The position numbers and the translations under genes were made by a program. A stretch of 64,000 bases of DNA from Candidatus Hydrogenedentota bacterium (GTDB lineage: Bacteria; Hydrogenedentota; Hydrogenedentia; Hydrogenedentales; SLHB01), in contig CAXXYE010000003.1 of assembly GCA_963674865.2 (NCBI GenBank), positions 1 through 64,000 of the forward strand, given 5' to 3'. Each line of letters starts with the position of its first letter. Positions within the stretch are counted from its first letter, which is position 1. This document shows, one piece after another, positions 38,401-47,288 of the stretch. The notes under the pieces were generated by a model, which saw only the letters and a program-made list of their open reading frames with translations, did not search any database and was not told the DNA's origin.

Positions 38401-38621
38401 TCCGTTTGACGCCGTCGCTGCCGGGCCTCCCGCCGTTTTGCGGAGCGGGCCTCATCTTTGCCGGACTCGATCTGCCCCTCGACGCCTGCCTCGAATACTC
38501 GCACGCCGGTGGCCACCAGTCCGACAGGCTGCCCATCCTGGTAGGAGACGAGCGCCCATCCCAATGAGTTTGCCCCCAGGTCCAGTCCTAGAATTCGTTC
38601 ACCACCACCGCTATTGTCCAT
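35475..38621 (-). CDS. cas9: Type II-C Cas9 (~1048 aa)
   Basis: RuvC-I ILGLDLG, Arg-rich bridge helix, RuvC-II IRLELARD, HNH DVEHIIP...DDSFLNK...EN and RuvC-III HRHHAIDA. No csn2 or cas4 in the locus. Confidence 0.97.
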   Translation of the reverse strand: MDNSGGGERILGLDLGANSLGWALVSYQDGQPVGLVATGVRVFEAGVEGQIESGKDEARSAKRREARQRRRQTDRQARRMRKLAGLLQRSGLLPPGDVKGGAERHALLAKLDNELYKAFEAETAADAPLRPALTQLPYFLRARGLDERLELHAFGRALYHLAQRRGYLSNRKTPLDDDEKGKVGPAISELAGLIQKAGARTLGEYLAKVDPILERRLRKRLTARRMYEEEFDALWQAQQAYHPELLTEKLHRQVRRAIFYQRPLKSAKHLIGKCELEKGRKRAALALPEAQRFRLLQKVNDLRVHPPEGQPRPLTPEERAKLLDKLEQQEDATFGSIRTLLKLKGCEFNLERGGEKKLPGNRTAARLRKIFGARWDSLCDAERESIIDDVRSIQKESVLARRGREVWALDPEAAAAFGKVQLEKGYSALSRRALRKLLPIMEEGTAFATAKAEIYPREWQKLAVDELPSVDDAGLTLRNPAVHRALTELRKVVNAVIRKYGKPDAIRLELARDLKNPREQRKRIWENSRKRESKRKDAARLILDETGNKEPSRADIEKVLLAIESNMKCPYTGKPISIAGLVGAHPQFDVEHIIPFSRCLDDSFLNKTLCYHEENQSRKGNKTPFEAYGGDSDRWEEIVDRVKQFRGDAAKAKLERFQLRNLDPFDDFASSKLNDTRYAGREAMKYLAWLYGEAARSRVQVSPGKVTAYLRGAWNLNKILGDGGGKSRADHRHHAIDAVVIALTDRRTVAAMSKASERQLHEKGRSRGWWKLLETPWDGFLRDVQGCIDHIVVSHRVSRKIRGSLHEETFYGEAPAEDGWAYVRKPLKDLSAGDVAAIVDDHIREKVREKIEELGDVKKLEFPENHPHIEARNGRRIPIHKARLRYKRKTTAIGHGHSTRHVWTRGNSHVEVVAVLDAQGEAKQWQGAVVTRLEAHQRLRSEEPIVHRTSEPRRHFLFSLTQGDTIEVDVKTEDGEVARELYVVRGVSQEQAGRLECVHMLDARKKADIPRSGNARNRQYRPSIASLRSVNCRKVSVTPLGEVLPAND

Positions 38622-38646
38622 CTGATGCTTCCCTCGCACATTCTCC

Positions 38647-38675
38647 TTGACGCCAGTCCTAATACGGTGTAAGAT
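38647..38675 (+). promoter_or_regulatory. Putative tracrRNA promoter
   Basis: TTGACG, 17 bp spacer, TAAGAT, ending 6 nt before the anti-repeat. Confidence 0.6.
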
Positions 38676-38681
38676 AGCCAT

Positions 38682-38804
38682 AGTATACCTGAGCGGCGGT
38701 TGTCGGCAAATCATAGTAATGAGGCAATCGTCTCGCAGGGCAACGCTTCACAGCTTCAAGCTGTCAAGCGCCCTACCGGCCCTCTCTATGGGGGCTTTTT
38801 CTTT
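38682..38804 (+). ncRNA. tracrRNA
   Basis: Anti-repeat AGTATACCTGAGCGGCGGTTGTCGGCAAATCATAGT (38682-38717) pairs with the + strand repeat through G:U wobbles. It is followed by hairpins and a gccctc-tctat-gggggc-ttttt terminator. Confidence 0.9.
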
Positions 38805-38966
38805 GAGGAACTTGGCGGCGCGCCGCGTCGATCTTCGTCGCCTTCCGCCAAAGGCGTGGACGGCGGCTCAGGATCCGTCCCACGGACATTCGACGGTGCA
38901 GGTGGGGCGCGCCGTGATCTTCCCAGATCCGCACGTAAGCCGGGCAGGTTTCGCGCCAATCGAGGG

Positions 38967-39129
38967 AATATGCAGGCTGGAAGCCTGCGCCACAATAGGG
39001 CCTTTCTTGGGACTGTGGCAAGCGGTTCCTGACAAAGGGCGAGCGCGCCGGAGATTGTAGCGCGGGCATCCTGCCTGCTTCCGGCGCGCGTGCTTGGGAT
39101 TCAGGACCACGCTTACGTGCGGATTCTGG
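38967..39129. repeat. Composite REP-like element (copy at ~56155..56408)
   Basis: gcaggctggaagcctgcgccacaat...gattgtagcgc.ggcatc.tgcctgc...gcgcgcgtgcttgggat.caggaccacgc is shared. Confidence 0.8.
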
Positions 39130-39204
39130 ATCTTCCGAACCCCTTGCGTTCCAAGGTGGTACGTGCGATAGTGTGAACAGGTTGCCAACCGTGGGAGGTG
39201 AGGG

Positions 39205-40653
39205 GTGACTAAGGCGGAACCACAGTGCCTGAGTGTCCGGCAAGAGGAGCCGGCGTACGGTACGCCAAAGGGCTCCAACGTGCAGTCTTTCCTGCTGCAC
39301 AGCCGTCTGTTGGGCACCCGCCTGTACATCCATGCCCTCGTCCGCTTCATCGTCGTCGGCTGTATGATCGGCGGCGCGTTCTTCGCCCAGGATGTTGTGG
39401 GCATCGAAGGCCTCAGCGTGTCGAGCCTGGCGCTTCTCGGCATTCTCCTGGGCCTCTATAACATCGTCATCTTCGCGGTGGTTCGGCGCTACTACCAGGA
39501 CACGGAGGCCACCGCGTCTTCTTACCCTTTTCTGACGCGGCTCATGCACACCACCATCGCCGCGGATTTCGTCTTCCTCACGACGGCGCTGTGGCTTGTG
39601 GGCGGGGCCAAGTCGCCATTCAAGGCTTTCTACGTCATCCACGTGATTATCGCGGTGATCCTACTGTCTCCGCGGGCGGCGTTCGCGCACGCCCTGTTCG
39701 GCTTTTTGCTGCTCACGGGACTTGTGGTGGGCCAATGGCTCGGATGGATTCCCGTCCTCATGCCGCTGGGAGCCGTGAACAGCACCGCCCCCCTGGACGG
39801 CCGCTACGTCATCACCGTGTTAGTGGTCCAGGGCATGCTGATGGCGCTTACCTTGTTCTTGCTGACTGGACTGGTGCACCTTCTTCGGAGCGGCGAACAG
39901 CGGCTTCGGACGGCCAACACGGAACTCGAGCGGCTTTCGGAAATGCACCGCGCCTTCCTGCACATCGCCATCCACGATCTGAAGGCTCCCGTGTCGGCGG
40001 CTACGATGCTCCTGGACACGCTTGAGACGGGCGGGCAGAGCCCGTTGACGGATGAGCAGCGGCTCATCATGGGCCGCGTCCACGCGCGTCTCGAGGAGGT
40101 GACGGCCTTCCTGCGGGATTTCGAGGTGCTCGCCGCCCTGGAAACGGCAAGTATCGAGAAACATGGGAGCGCCGTGGACATCTCCGCCCTGGTGCAGGAA
40201 GTGGCGGCGGAGAATACGGACTTGGCGAAGCTGCACGGGCACACGCTTTCCGTCGAGTTGAAGGAGGCGCTGCCGCAAGTGTACGGAATCGAGCGGCTGA
40301 TTCACGAAGCCGTGGCCAACCTCATCACCAATGCCATCAAATACACGCCGGACGGCGGAAGCATCATGGTTCGCGGCCTGCCGTGCAATGGCTATGTCTG
40401 CGTCGCCGTCGAGGACAACGGCGTGGGCATTCGGCCGGAGGATCAGGGCCGGCTGTTTCAGGAATTCGTCCGGATCCGGCGGGCGGAGCAGGCCTCCGCG
40501 AAGATGCTGAGCAGTGGCTTGGGCCTTTCGATTGTGAAGAGAATCATCGAGGCCCACGGAGGCAAGGTCGAAGTCGACAGCGAACCGAACAAGGGCAGCA
40601 TCTTCACGATACGGCTCCCGCTCGACGCGGGACGAAGCACCGCGCGTAACTGA
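39205..40653 (+). CDS. Membrane sensor histidine kinase
   Basis: Multiple TMs, then HDLKAP, NLITNAIKY, DNGVGI and GLGLSI boxes. Confidence 0.9.
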   Translation: MTKAEPQCLSVRQEEPAYGTPKGSNVQSFLLHSRLLGTRLYIHALVRFIVVGCMIGGAFFAQDVVGIEGLSVSSLALLGILLGLYNIVIFAVVRRYYQDTEATASSYPFLTRLMHTTIAADFVFLTTALWLVGGAKSPFKAFYVIHVIIAVILLSPRAAFAHALFGFLLLTGLVVGQWLGWIPVLMPLGAVNSTAPLDGRYVITVLVVQGMLMALTLFLLTGLVHLLRSGEQRLRTANTELERLSEMHRAFLHIAIHDLKAPVSAATMLLDTLETGGQSPLTDEQRLIMGRVHARLEEVTAFLRDFEVLAALETASIEKHGSAVDISALVQEVAAENTDLAKLHGHTLSVELKEALPQVYGIERLIHEAVANLITNAIKYTPDGGSIMVRGLPCNGYVCVAVEDNGVGIRPEDQGRLFQEFVRIRRAEQASAKMLSSGLGLSIVKRIIEAHGGKVEVDSEPNKGSIFTIRLPLDAGRSTARN

Positions 40654-40691
40654 TTATTGGGGGGCGGCTTTCAGGCCGCACCTCCAGACGC

Positions 40692-41561
40692 CTACTGGTA
40701 GGTCTTGATGATGGCCGCGTTGTCGAGGCCGCCCCAGCCCTTCTCGATGGCTTCCTTAAGCAGGGCCGCGTGCAGCTCGGAGACGGGCACGCGTGCGCCC
40801 GCGCCGGCGGCGAGTTCGATGATCAGGCGCACGTCCTTCGCATGCTGGGCGAGCCGGGCCTGCGGCTTAAACTCCCGCGCGAGCATCCTGTCCCCTTTGG
40901 TGTCCATCACGCGCGAATAGGCGCCGCCCGACTTGAGGATGTCGAGCATCTGCCGCGAGTCCATACCTGTCTTTTCGGCGAGGGCAAGCCCTTCGGCCAG
41001 GACGAGCCGGTTCAGGCCGAGCACGAGATTGGCGACAAGCTTGGCCTGATGGCCTTGGCCGGCGCGGCCGAGAAAGAACACCTTGCTCGCGAAGGCCTGG
41101 ACGATGTCTATGTAGTCGGCCGCGGCGGATTCGGCGTCGCCGACGAGCGCCACGGCGTCGCCGTCCGCAATGACGTGGCTGGAGCCGATCAGCGGCACAT
41201 CGATGAAGCGCACTTGGTGCTCCCGGAGCTTGGCGTGGTGGCTCTCCGTAGCCTGTGGCTCCGCCGTCGTCGTATCGAGAATGGTCGTGCCTTCGGAGCA
41301 CAGCGGCGCGATGCCGTCGCCCCCCCAGAGCACCGTGTCCACGGCGGGCGAGTCGGTGAGGCTCAACAGGACGACACGGCATCCATCCGCCGCGCCGGAG
41401 GCATCGGCAGCGACCTCCACGCCAAGCTGCCTTGCCAGAGTTCGGGCGGCTTCATCGACATCGAATCCCTTGACGACGTAGCCTGCGTCGAGCAAGCGCC
41501 TCGCGAGCGCCTTGCCGACGAGTCCCAGTCCGATAAGTCCAATGGATTCACGGCGTGCCAT
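40692..41561 (-). CDS. NAD(P)-dependent beta-hydroxyacid dehydrogenase (3-hydroxyisobutyrate dehydrogenase family)
   Basis: GLIGLGLVG, DVPLIGS, AKLVANL and KDVRL. Confidence 0.85.
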   Translation of the reverse strand: MARRESIGLIGLGLVGKALARRLLDAGYVVKGFDVDEAARTLARQLGVEVAADASGAADGCRVVLLSLTDSPAVDTVLWGGDGIAPLCSEGTTILDTTTAEPQATESHHAKLREHQVRFIDVPLIGSSHVIADGDAVALVGDAESAAADYIDIVQAFASKVFFLGRAGQGHQAKLVANLVLGLNRLVLAEGLALAEKTGMDSRQMLDILKSGGAYSRVMDTKGDRMLAREFKPQARLAQHAKDVRLIIELAAGAGARVPVSELHAALLKEAIEKGWGGLDNAAIIKTYQ

Positions 41562-41573
41562 GGTGCGGTTCCC

Positions 41574-42410
41574 TCATGCTTGTCCTGTGGTGGCGGCATG
41601 TGCGTGCAAGGCCGTGATGAGGTCCTCCACGTCAAACACGAAGCCGTAAGACAGGGCGACGCGCCACAGGGCCAGCTCCTTGCACACTTCGTCCCGGGCC
41701 GACCCTTTGCTTTCGACGGCCGTCGTGGCCTGGCGCAAGGCGGAGCAGAGCAGGCCGTACCTCTGCATCTCGGCCATCCCGCCGGGGGACAACAGGAGGC
41801 ACCAATTAATGGCGAAACCGGCGTAGACGAGGTGGTTGACGCCCGACTCCTTGCACAAGGCGAACAACTGGCGGCCGTTCTCCGCGATGCCTTCCTCGCC
41901 CTGGGGCCGTGCCTGGGGAAGGAAGTCGATCTTCTTGCAGCCGCGCTCGATGTCGGGCGCATTGTCCGCGCCGGGGTGGACGTTGTCGTGGCGAAACCGG
42001 CGAAGGGCCTCGTGCGCGGGATCGGCTACGACCTTCTCTAAGGGGGGAGGCTCGGGGCCGGCCAGGTCGCGCGCGCGCTGGTAGCCGGAATAGGACTTGA
42101 AGTACTCCCCGCCGCCGACGACGTGGAAGAGAGGCAGCCCGGAGGCACGCACGGCTTCGAGGAGGCCGGGAAAGATGGTGCGGGCAATTTCATTCGCGCG
42201 GGGGATGTAGGGAACCGTTCGATACCAGCCGGGGTGCTCCTCGAAGGAGCCGGTGTCCCAGGCGTGCATGACAACGACGGCGGTGTGCCCGGGGGCGAAA
42301 TCGAGGGCTTTCTTCTTCCAGCCGCCAAATGCCTCCTCGGGCACATCGAGGTCAAAATCGGCATCGAAGTGCTGGTAGTACCACGCGGGAATGGGCCACG
42401 GCTCGGACAT
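41574..42410 (-). CDS. Isochorismatase/cysteine hydrolase-like protein
   Basis: TAVVVMHAW...HLVYAGFAINWC. Confidence 0.55.
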   Translation of the reverse strand: MSEPWPIPAWYYQHFDADFDLDVPEEAFGGWKKKALDFAPGHTAVVVMHAWDTGSFEEHPGWYRTVPYIPRANEIARTIFPGLLEAVRASGLPLFHVVGGGEYFKSYSGYQRARDLAGPEPPPLEKVVADPAHEALRRFRHDNVHPGADNAPDIERGCKKIDFLPQARPQGEEGIAENGRQLFALCKESGVNHLVYAGFAINWCLLLSPGGMAEMQRYGLLCSALRQATTAVESKGSARDEVCKELALWRVALSYGFVFDVEDLITALHAHAATTGQA

Positions 42411-42556
42411 TGCATCTTCTCCCGGGAGGTCCTGCAATTCGCCGAGAGTCTAACGAAAAACGATGAGAAAGTGAAGCCGCTTTGAACTGCCCGCCCACCC
42501 CTGCTAGATTGGCGTGGATTCCGCGATGAACCTGCCAAGCCTATGAGGATGCAGAT

Positions 42557-43645
42557 ATGGATTCACCATTTTCCGTCCAGGCAGCGCCGGATTGGGAGGC
42601 CCTTAAGGCCTGCTTGCTCCGCGAAGGGACGCCGAAGCGCGTACACCACATCGAGTTATTTCTCGACGCCGAGATACAGGACGCGATCTGTGAGCGCTAC
42701 GGTGTGCTCGATGGGTTGAATCCGGGCGATCCTTACTTCGCCGAGCGGAAGCAGATTGCCCTACAGTCTTTCCTCGGATACGACTTCATCCGGTGCGGCG
42801 TCGAGCGCCTGGAAATGCCGCTCCACTACTGCACGGCGGACGACACGGCTTCGCTGAAGCGGGACGGCGGCCGCGGCTTCATGAATGAGCACCGGGGGCC
42901 CATCACGAACTGGGAGGAGTTTGAGGCATATCCATGGCCCGATCCTTCCTCTGCGTCCGCAAGGGCGCTCGAGTTCTACGAAGAGAATCTTCCGGAAGGC
43001 ATGTGCATCATCGGGGGCGGGGGCTTTGCCCATTACGCGGAATATCTAACTTGGCTTATGGGCTACGAGACGCTTTGCTACGCCCTGTACGAGCAGCGGG
43101 ATCTCGTCCAGGCTATCGCGGATCGGCTCAATGAGATTTTCCGCGTAGTGCTTGAACAGATGTTATCCTTTGAATGCGTCAAATTCGTCTGGGGCAGCGA
43201 CGACATGGGCTTTCGCGGCGGCACGCTGATCAGTCCGGACGACCTGCGCGAGTTTGTGCTTCCCGGACACAAGCTCATGGCCGCTATGTCGCACGACACG
43301 GGACGGCCCTACCTACTCCACGCCTGCGGCAACCTGGCGGCCGTGATGGACGACTTGATCGACGACGTGGGAATCGACGCCAAACACTCCTTCGAGGATA
43401 CGATTGAGGACGTGCGCAACGCCAAGCGCGCCTACGGGCAGCGCATTGCCTTGCTGGGGGGCATCGACGTGGACTTCCTGTGCCGCGCGAGCGAGGCCGA
43501 GGTGCGGCAGCGCGTGCGCGACACGCTCGACGTGTGCATGCCGGGCGGCGGCTACTGCCTCGGCACCGGCAACAGCGTCGCCAACTATATCCCGGTGGAC
43601 AATTACCTGGCCATGCTCGACGAGGGCCGGAAGCACGCGTCGTAA
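42557..43645 (+). CDS. Uroporphyrinogen decarboxylase-family (URO-D/MtaA-like) protein
   Basis: GSDDMGF, LHACGN, LLGGIDVD and GYCLGTGNSV. Confidence 0.8.
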   Translation: MDSPFSVQAAPDWEALKACLLREGTPKRVHHIELFLDAEIQDAICERYGVLDGLNPGDPYFAERKQIALQSFLGYDFIRCGVERLEMPLHYCTADDTASLKRDGGRGFMNEHRGPITNWEEFEAYPWPDPSSASARALEFYEENLPEGMCIIGGGGFAHYAEYLTWLMGYETLCYALYEQRDLVQAIADRLNEIFRVVLEQMLSFECVKFVWGSDDMGFRGGTLISPDDLREFVLPGHKLMAAMSHDTGRPYLLHACGNLAAVMDDLIDDVGIDAKHSFEDTIEDVRNAKRAYGQRIALLGGIDVDFLCRASEAEVRQRVRDTLDVCMPGGGYCLGTGNSVANYIPVDNYLAMLDEGRKHAS

Positions 43646-43666
43646 CCAGCGCTCTTGCCGGGCTGC

Positions 43667-45103
43667 TTATACGAAGGCCTGGCGTCCCTCGCCGCGCGGC
43701 CCTACCAAATCCGTCTGCCCCTTACCTCGGACGGCCTGCCGCGCGCCGTCCAGGGAAGGCTTGACGTATTCCATGAACCACGCCTCCAGCCGCGCCCGCA
43801 TTGCCGTCGCGATCTCGGCGTATCGCGCATCGTCCACGAGATTCTCCTCTTCCCGTGGATCCTCCGCGAGGCAGTAGAGTTCATGCGGGCCGTAGGGATA
43901 GCGGTGGATGTATTTCCATTCGCGATCGCGGATCATGCGCACGGGCCCGTACTCGTCGCACACGACCACCGCCTCATGCCCGCCCTGTCCGGCGCCGCGC
44001 AGGACGTGGGCGAAGCTCCGGCCCGGAAGGGGCTCCGTGGCGGGAGCCTCCAGGCCTAGGTAGTCGAGCAGCGTCGGCATGAAATCGTACTGGCTGAGGA
44101 GGTCGGAGTTAACCACACCGGCCGGCACGCGCCCGGGACAACGGGCGATGAAGGGGACTTTCACCGACTCCTCGAACATGTTCATCGGGAAAGTGCCGTT
44201 GCCCTTGCCGCGGATGCCGTGGTGGCCCATATTGAAGCCGTTATCGCTCAGAGAGAAGACAAGCGTGTTATCGGCGATGCCGAGGGCGTCCAGCTTGTCG
44301 AGGATACGGCCGATGGCCGCGTCCATCGCCGTGATCGTCGTGAAATAGCCTTGGATTGTCTCGTGCCGCTCCTCTGGCGTCGGATCCCATCCGCCCCATG
44401 GATGGGGCGGTACGGCGGGCACGGAGGAGAACTCGACATCGGCGTAGGAGCGCCAGATCTCGGGCGGCTGCTCCTCCTCGCGCCAGGGGGCGTGGGGCGC
44501 CGTGTAATGCACGTTCAGGCAGAAGGGCTGCTCGCCGCGGCCGTAGCGATCCAGGAAGGCGATGCCGCGATCCGTGAAGACGTCGGTGACGTACTCCGTC
44601 TGATGCGTCATCTCGGCGCTGCCGTCGAACATAAAGTAGTTGGTATAGCTGTCGCCTCCCAGGGAGTGCGTGTGCCAGTAGGAGTAACTCTTCTGGGGCG
44701 TGCCGCTGGCGCCGAGATGCCACTTGCCGGAGAAGCCGCAGCGGTAGCCGTTTGCGGCCAGCACATCGGTGAAGGCGGTGAGCCCTTCGAGATACTCGAT
44801 GGCGCGATCCTTGCCCACGCGCGTCACGCCTTCCGGATCCTCGATGTTGCCGTATTTGAGCCAATCGTGTACGCCGTGCTGAGAGGGAATTCGGCCCGTC
44901 AAGAAGGAGGCTCGCGCCGGGGAACACACGGGCGATGCGCAGAAAAAGTTGTCGAAGCGCGTCCCCTGCGCCGCGAGGCTGTCGAGCGTGGGCGTCCTCA
45001 ATTCCGGCGTGCCCGCGCATCCCATGGCCCACGGCCCCTGATCGTCCGACATGATGATCAGGACGTTGGGCCGGTTATCTTTCGCTCTTTCATTCATCGA
45101 CAT
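43667..45103 (-). CDS. Formylglycine-dependent sulfatase
   Basis: RPNVLIIMSDD, CSPARASFLTGR (CxPxR), GKWHLG, APHAP and SDNG. Confidence 0.93.
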   Translation of the reverse strand: MSMNERAKDNRPNVLIIMSDDQGPWAMGCAGTPELRTPTLDSLAAQGTRFDNFFCASPVCSPARASFLTGRIPSQHGVHDWLKYGNIEDPEGVTRVGKDRAIEYLEGLTAFTDVLAANGYRCGFSGKWHLGASGTPQKSYSYWHTHSLGGDSYTNYFMFDGSAEMTHQTEYVTDVFTDRGIAFLDRYGRGEQPFCLNVHYTAPHAPWREEEQPPEIWRSYADVEFSSVPAVPPHPWGGWDPTPEERHETIQGYFTTITAMDAAIGRILDKLDALGIADNTLVFSLSDNGFNMGHHGIRGKGNGTFPMNMFEESVKVPFIARCPGRVPAGVVNSDLLSQYDFMPTLLDYLGLEAPATEPLPGRSFAHVLRGAGQGGHEAVVVCDEYGPVRMIRDREWKYIHRYPYGPHELYCLAEDPREEENLVDDARYAEIATAMRARLEAWFMEYVKPSLDGARQAVRGKGQTDLVGPRGEGRQAFV

Positions 45104-47244
45104 GCTCCCTTCTCCGGCACGTGGCGGTAGCGGCTCAGGATTTCCTCTTGTAGATTCGGCTTGAGCTTGACGAAATGCGCGCTGAAACCCGTGACGCGTA
45201 TGACGAGGTCGCGGTGGCGTTCCGGGTGGTCGATGGCGTCCCGAAGCATCTCGGGCGTGGTTGAGTTGATGATGACTTGCGTGCCGCCAAGACGGAAAAA
45301 GCCGCCGATCAGGCTCAAGAGCGATTCCGCCCCGTCGGCGTTGTCGAACAAGGCCGGCGACACGTCGAGGTGCAGCGGCGAGGACGCGCCCCGGCCCGGC
45401 TGTACCGCCGCCACCGAGCGCGCCATGGCCGTGTAGCCTTGCCGGGCGCAGCCTTCCACGGGATTGGCGCCATGGGCGAGAGGTTCCCCCGCCAAGCGGC
45501 CGTCGGGCGTGGCCTTTGAGGCGCGTGTCGTGGCGTGGCAGACGTAGCTGTAGAAGCCTGGGAGGATGTGGAAGCGGCCATCCGGAGGCTGGGCGGTTTG
45601 CGCGGCTTTCACGCAGAGGTCCCGCACGCGGCGGGCGATACCATCCGAATGCGCGCCATCGTTCCCGAACTTCGGTGCCTGTTGCAGGGCCGCGCGCAGC
45701 GATGCGTGTTCGGCGAAATTGCCGTCGAGGGCTTGGTGGATCTCGTCCCACGCGTGCGGGCCGCGGCCTTCGACAACGGCGTCCAAGGCCGTGAGTGAAT
45801 CGACCACGTTGGCGAGTCCCATCAGATCGGCGACGAAGTAGTTGTATTCGAGCGCCCCGTCAAACACGTCGCGAGCTTTCTCGATGGGGCCGTGGCCGAA
45901 CAGCGATCCGACGAGTTCGGGGAAAGCCCGCCCGGCCTCATCGAGGTGGGCGTTGTAGCAGGCGCCGGCGTACTCGAAGGTATGGCCCACTGTTTCCTCG
46001 AAGAACTCCCAGAGCCGTTCAAGGCTCGGCTGGCCGCCCTGCATCATGCGATCCCACGCCGCCGACAGCGCGGCCGCCAGGTTGAGCTTGGTTCCGTCCG
46101 CCAAGCCGTAATGCCTGCCCGGCACCGTCCACCAGTGGCAGCCTCCGTAGGCATAGGTGCGCGCCACGGACTCGGCCATGCCGTTGGCCACGAGGCCCGG
46201 CGCTATCGCCGCGTCGTTCACGAGCGTCGGCGTGCCTTCACCCGTCTCTAACAGGCAGCGTGCGGCGAGTTGCAGAAGGTCCGGGGGCGTCCCTGCGTGG
46301 ACTCGGAGGCCGATATTTGCAGGGCCGCGAATCTCACGCCATGCCTCGAGGACGAGGTACGAGACACGATTGGACGCATCGTTCCCCTCGGCGTCCGTTC
46401 CCCCGATGCACATGAAGTGCGTGTCGTGAACGAGCAACGCCTTGAGCAGGAAGCGGGCCTGTCTATCATCCAGCCGGCCCGCGGCGGCGTCCGCCTCGTA
46501 GAAGGGATGGAGCAGGAGGTCGATCCGGCCGATGACGTTGGAGCGGTTGTAGGCCCGGTTCAGCGTCATGAAGAGCGAGAGCCAGATCATGGCCTGCCCA
46601 AAAGTCTGAGGCGGGGCCTCCACAACGGCGTCGATGTCGTTGGCCAGTTGAAGCAAGGCTCGCGCTTCTCGGCCCATTGCCGACTCGGCCAGTTCCCGGG
46701 CGTGGACAGCATGCTTTCGGATGAATGCTTGGGCGGCCTCGATGATGGTATCCAGTGCCTGCAGGTAGCGAAGATCGTCGCCGGCCCGGCTGGCCTGGGC
46801 CTGGTGGATGCGGCGCCGGATGCCGCCCCAGCCTTGGGCGAGGCCGATTTCGAGGTCGGGCGCCCAGTGGCCGGGCATGCCGATGTTCACGTGGCACCCG
46901 CGCGCGCCCCACAAGGCATCGCGGTCGATGCCGATCCGCTCATCGTCAAAGGTGGCTTGCTCCAGGAGGTCCCACAGGACGTATCCGAAGGCGCCGGGGA
47001 GGGGATCGTAGGCTTCGACGAACGGCGGCGTGGCTTCCAGCACGGCCGCATACTGCCGCGCCAGGTGAATTGGACAACGCCGCCCGGAATCGAGGCCATC
47101 CTCGATCCGCGGGCGCGGCAATCCGTCCAGAGGACGCCTTCCTGTGTGATCGGTGTTCTCGTTTTCCAGCGCCCCGGCCCAGGCGGCGCGGCGTTCCAGC
47201 AGCTTCTCGCGGCTCTCGGCTAGGTCATAGGGGAAGGCGTTCAT
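45094..47244 (-). CDS. Glycyl radical enzyme (PFL superfamily), function unknown
   Basis: GRIDLLLHP, APKFGND, ATPDGR, C-terminal IRVTGFSAHF glycyl loop and Cys loop GGCHW. Confidence 0.88.
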   Translation of the reverse strand: MNAFPYDLAESREKLLERRAAWAGALENENTDHTGRRPLDGLPRPRIEDGLDSGRRCPIHLARQYAAVLEATPPFVEAYDPLPGAFGYVLWDLLEQATFDDERIGIDRDALWGARGCHVNIGMPGHWAPDLEIGLAQGWGGIRRRIHQAQASRAGDDLRYLQALDTIIEAAQAFIRKHAVHARELAESAMGREARALLQLANDIDAVVEAPPQTFGQAMIWLSLFMTLNRAYNRSNVIGRIDLLLHPFYEADAAAGRLDDRQARFLLKALLVHDTHFMCIGGTDAEGNDASNRVSYLVLEAWREIRGPANIGLRVHAGTPPDLLQLAARCLLETGEGTPTLVNDAAIAPGLVANGMAESVARTYAYGGCHWWTVPGRHYGLADGTKLNLAAALSAAWDRMMQGGQPSLERLWEFFEETVGHTFEYAGACYNAHLDEAGRAFPELVGSLFGHGPIEKARDVFDGALEYNYFVADLMGLANVVDSLTALDAVVEGRGPHAWDEIHQALDGNFAEHASLRAALQQAPKFGNDGAHSDGIARRVRDLCVKAAQTAQPPDGRFHILPGFYSYVCHATTRASKATPDGRLAGEPLAHGANPVEGCARQGYTAMARSVAAVQPGRGASSPLHLDVSPALFDNADGAESLLSLIGGFFRLGGTQVIINSTTPEMLRDAIDHPERHRDLVIRVTGFSAHFVKLKPNLQEEILSRYRHVPEKGACR

Positions 47245-47288
47245 GGTTCTTCGCTCACACCGCGGACACGCAGGAGCGCATCCCTCCC

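Noticed and set aside
38622..38714. N-terminal extension of Cas9 in the ORF track
   Set aside because: It overlaps the tracrRNA and its promoter; ATG 38621 lies just before the RuvC-I motif and has a plausible RBS.
45104..45751. Apparent long N-terminal extension on the sulfatase
   Set aside because: It is an alternate frame of the GRE gene; the sulfatase starts near 45103.
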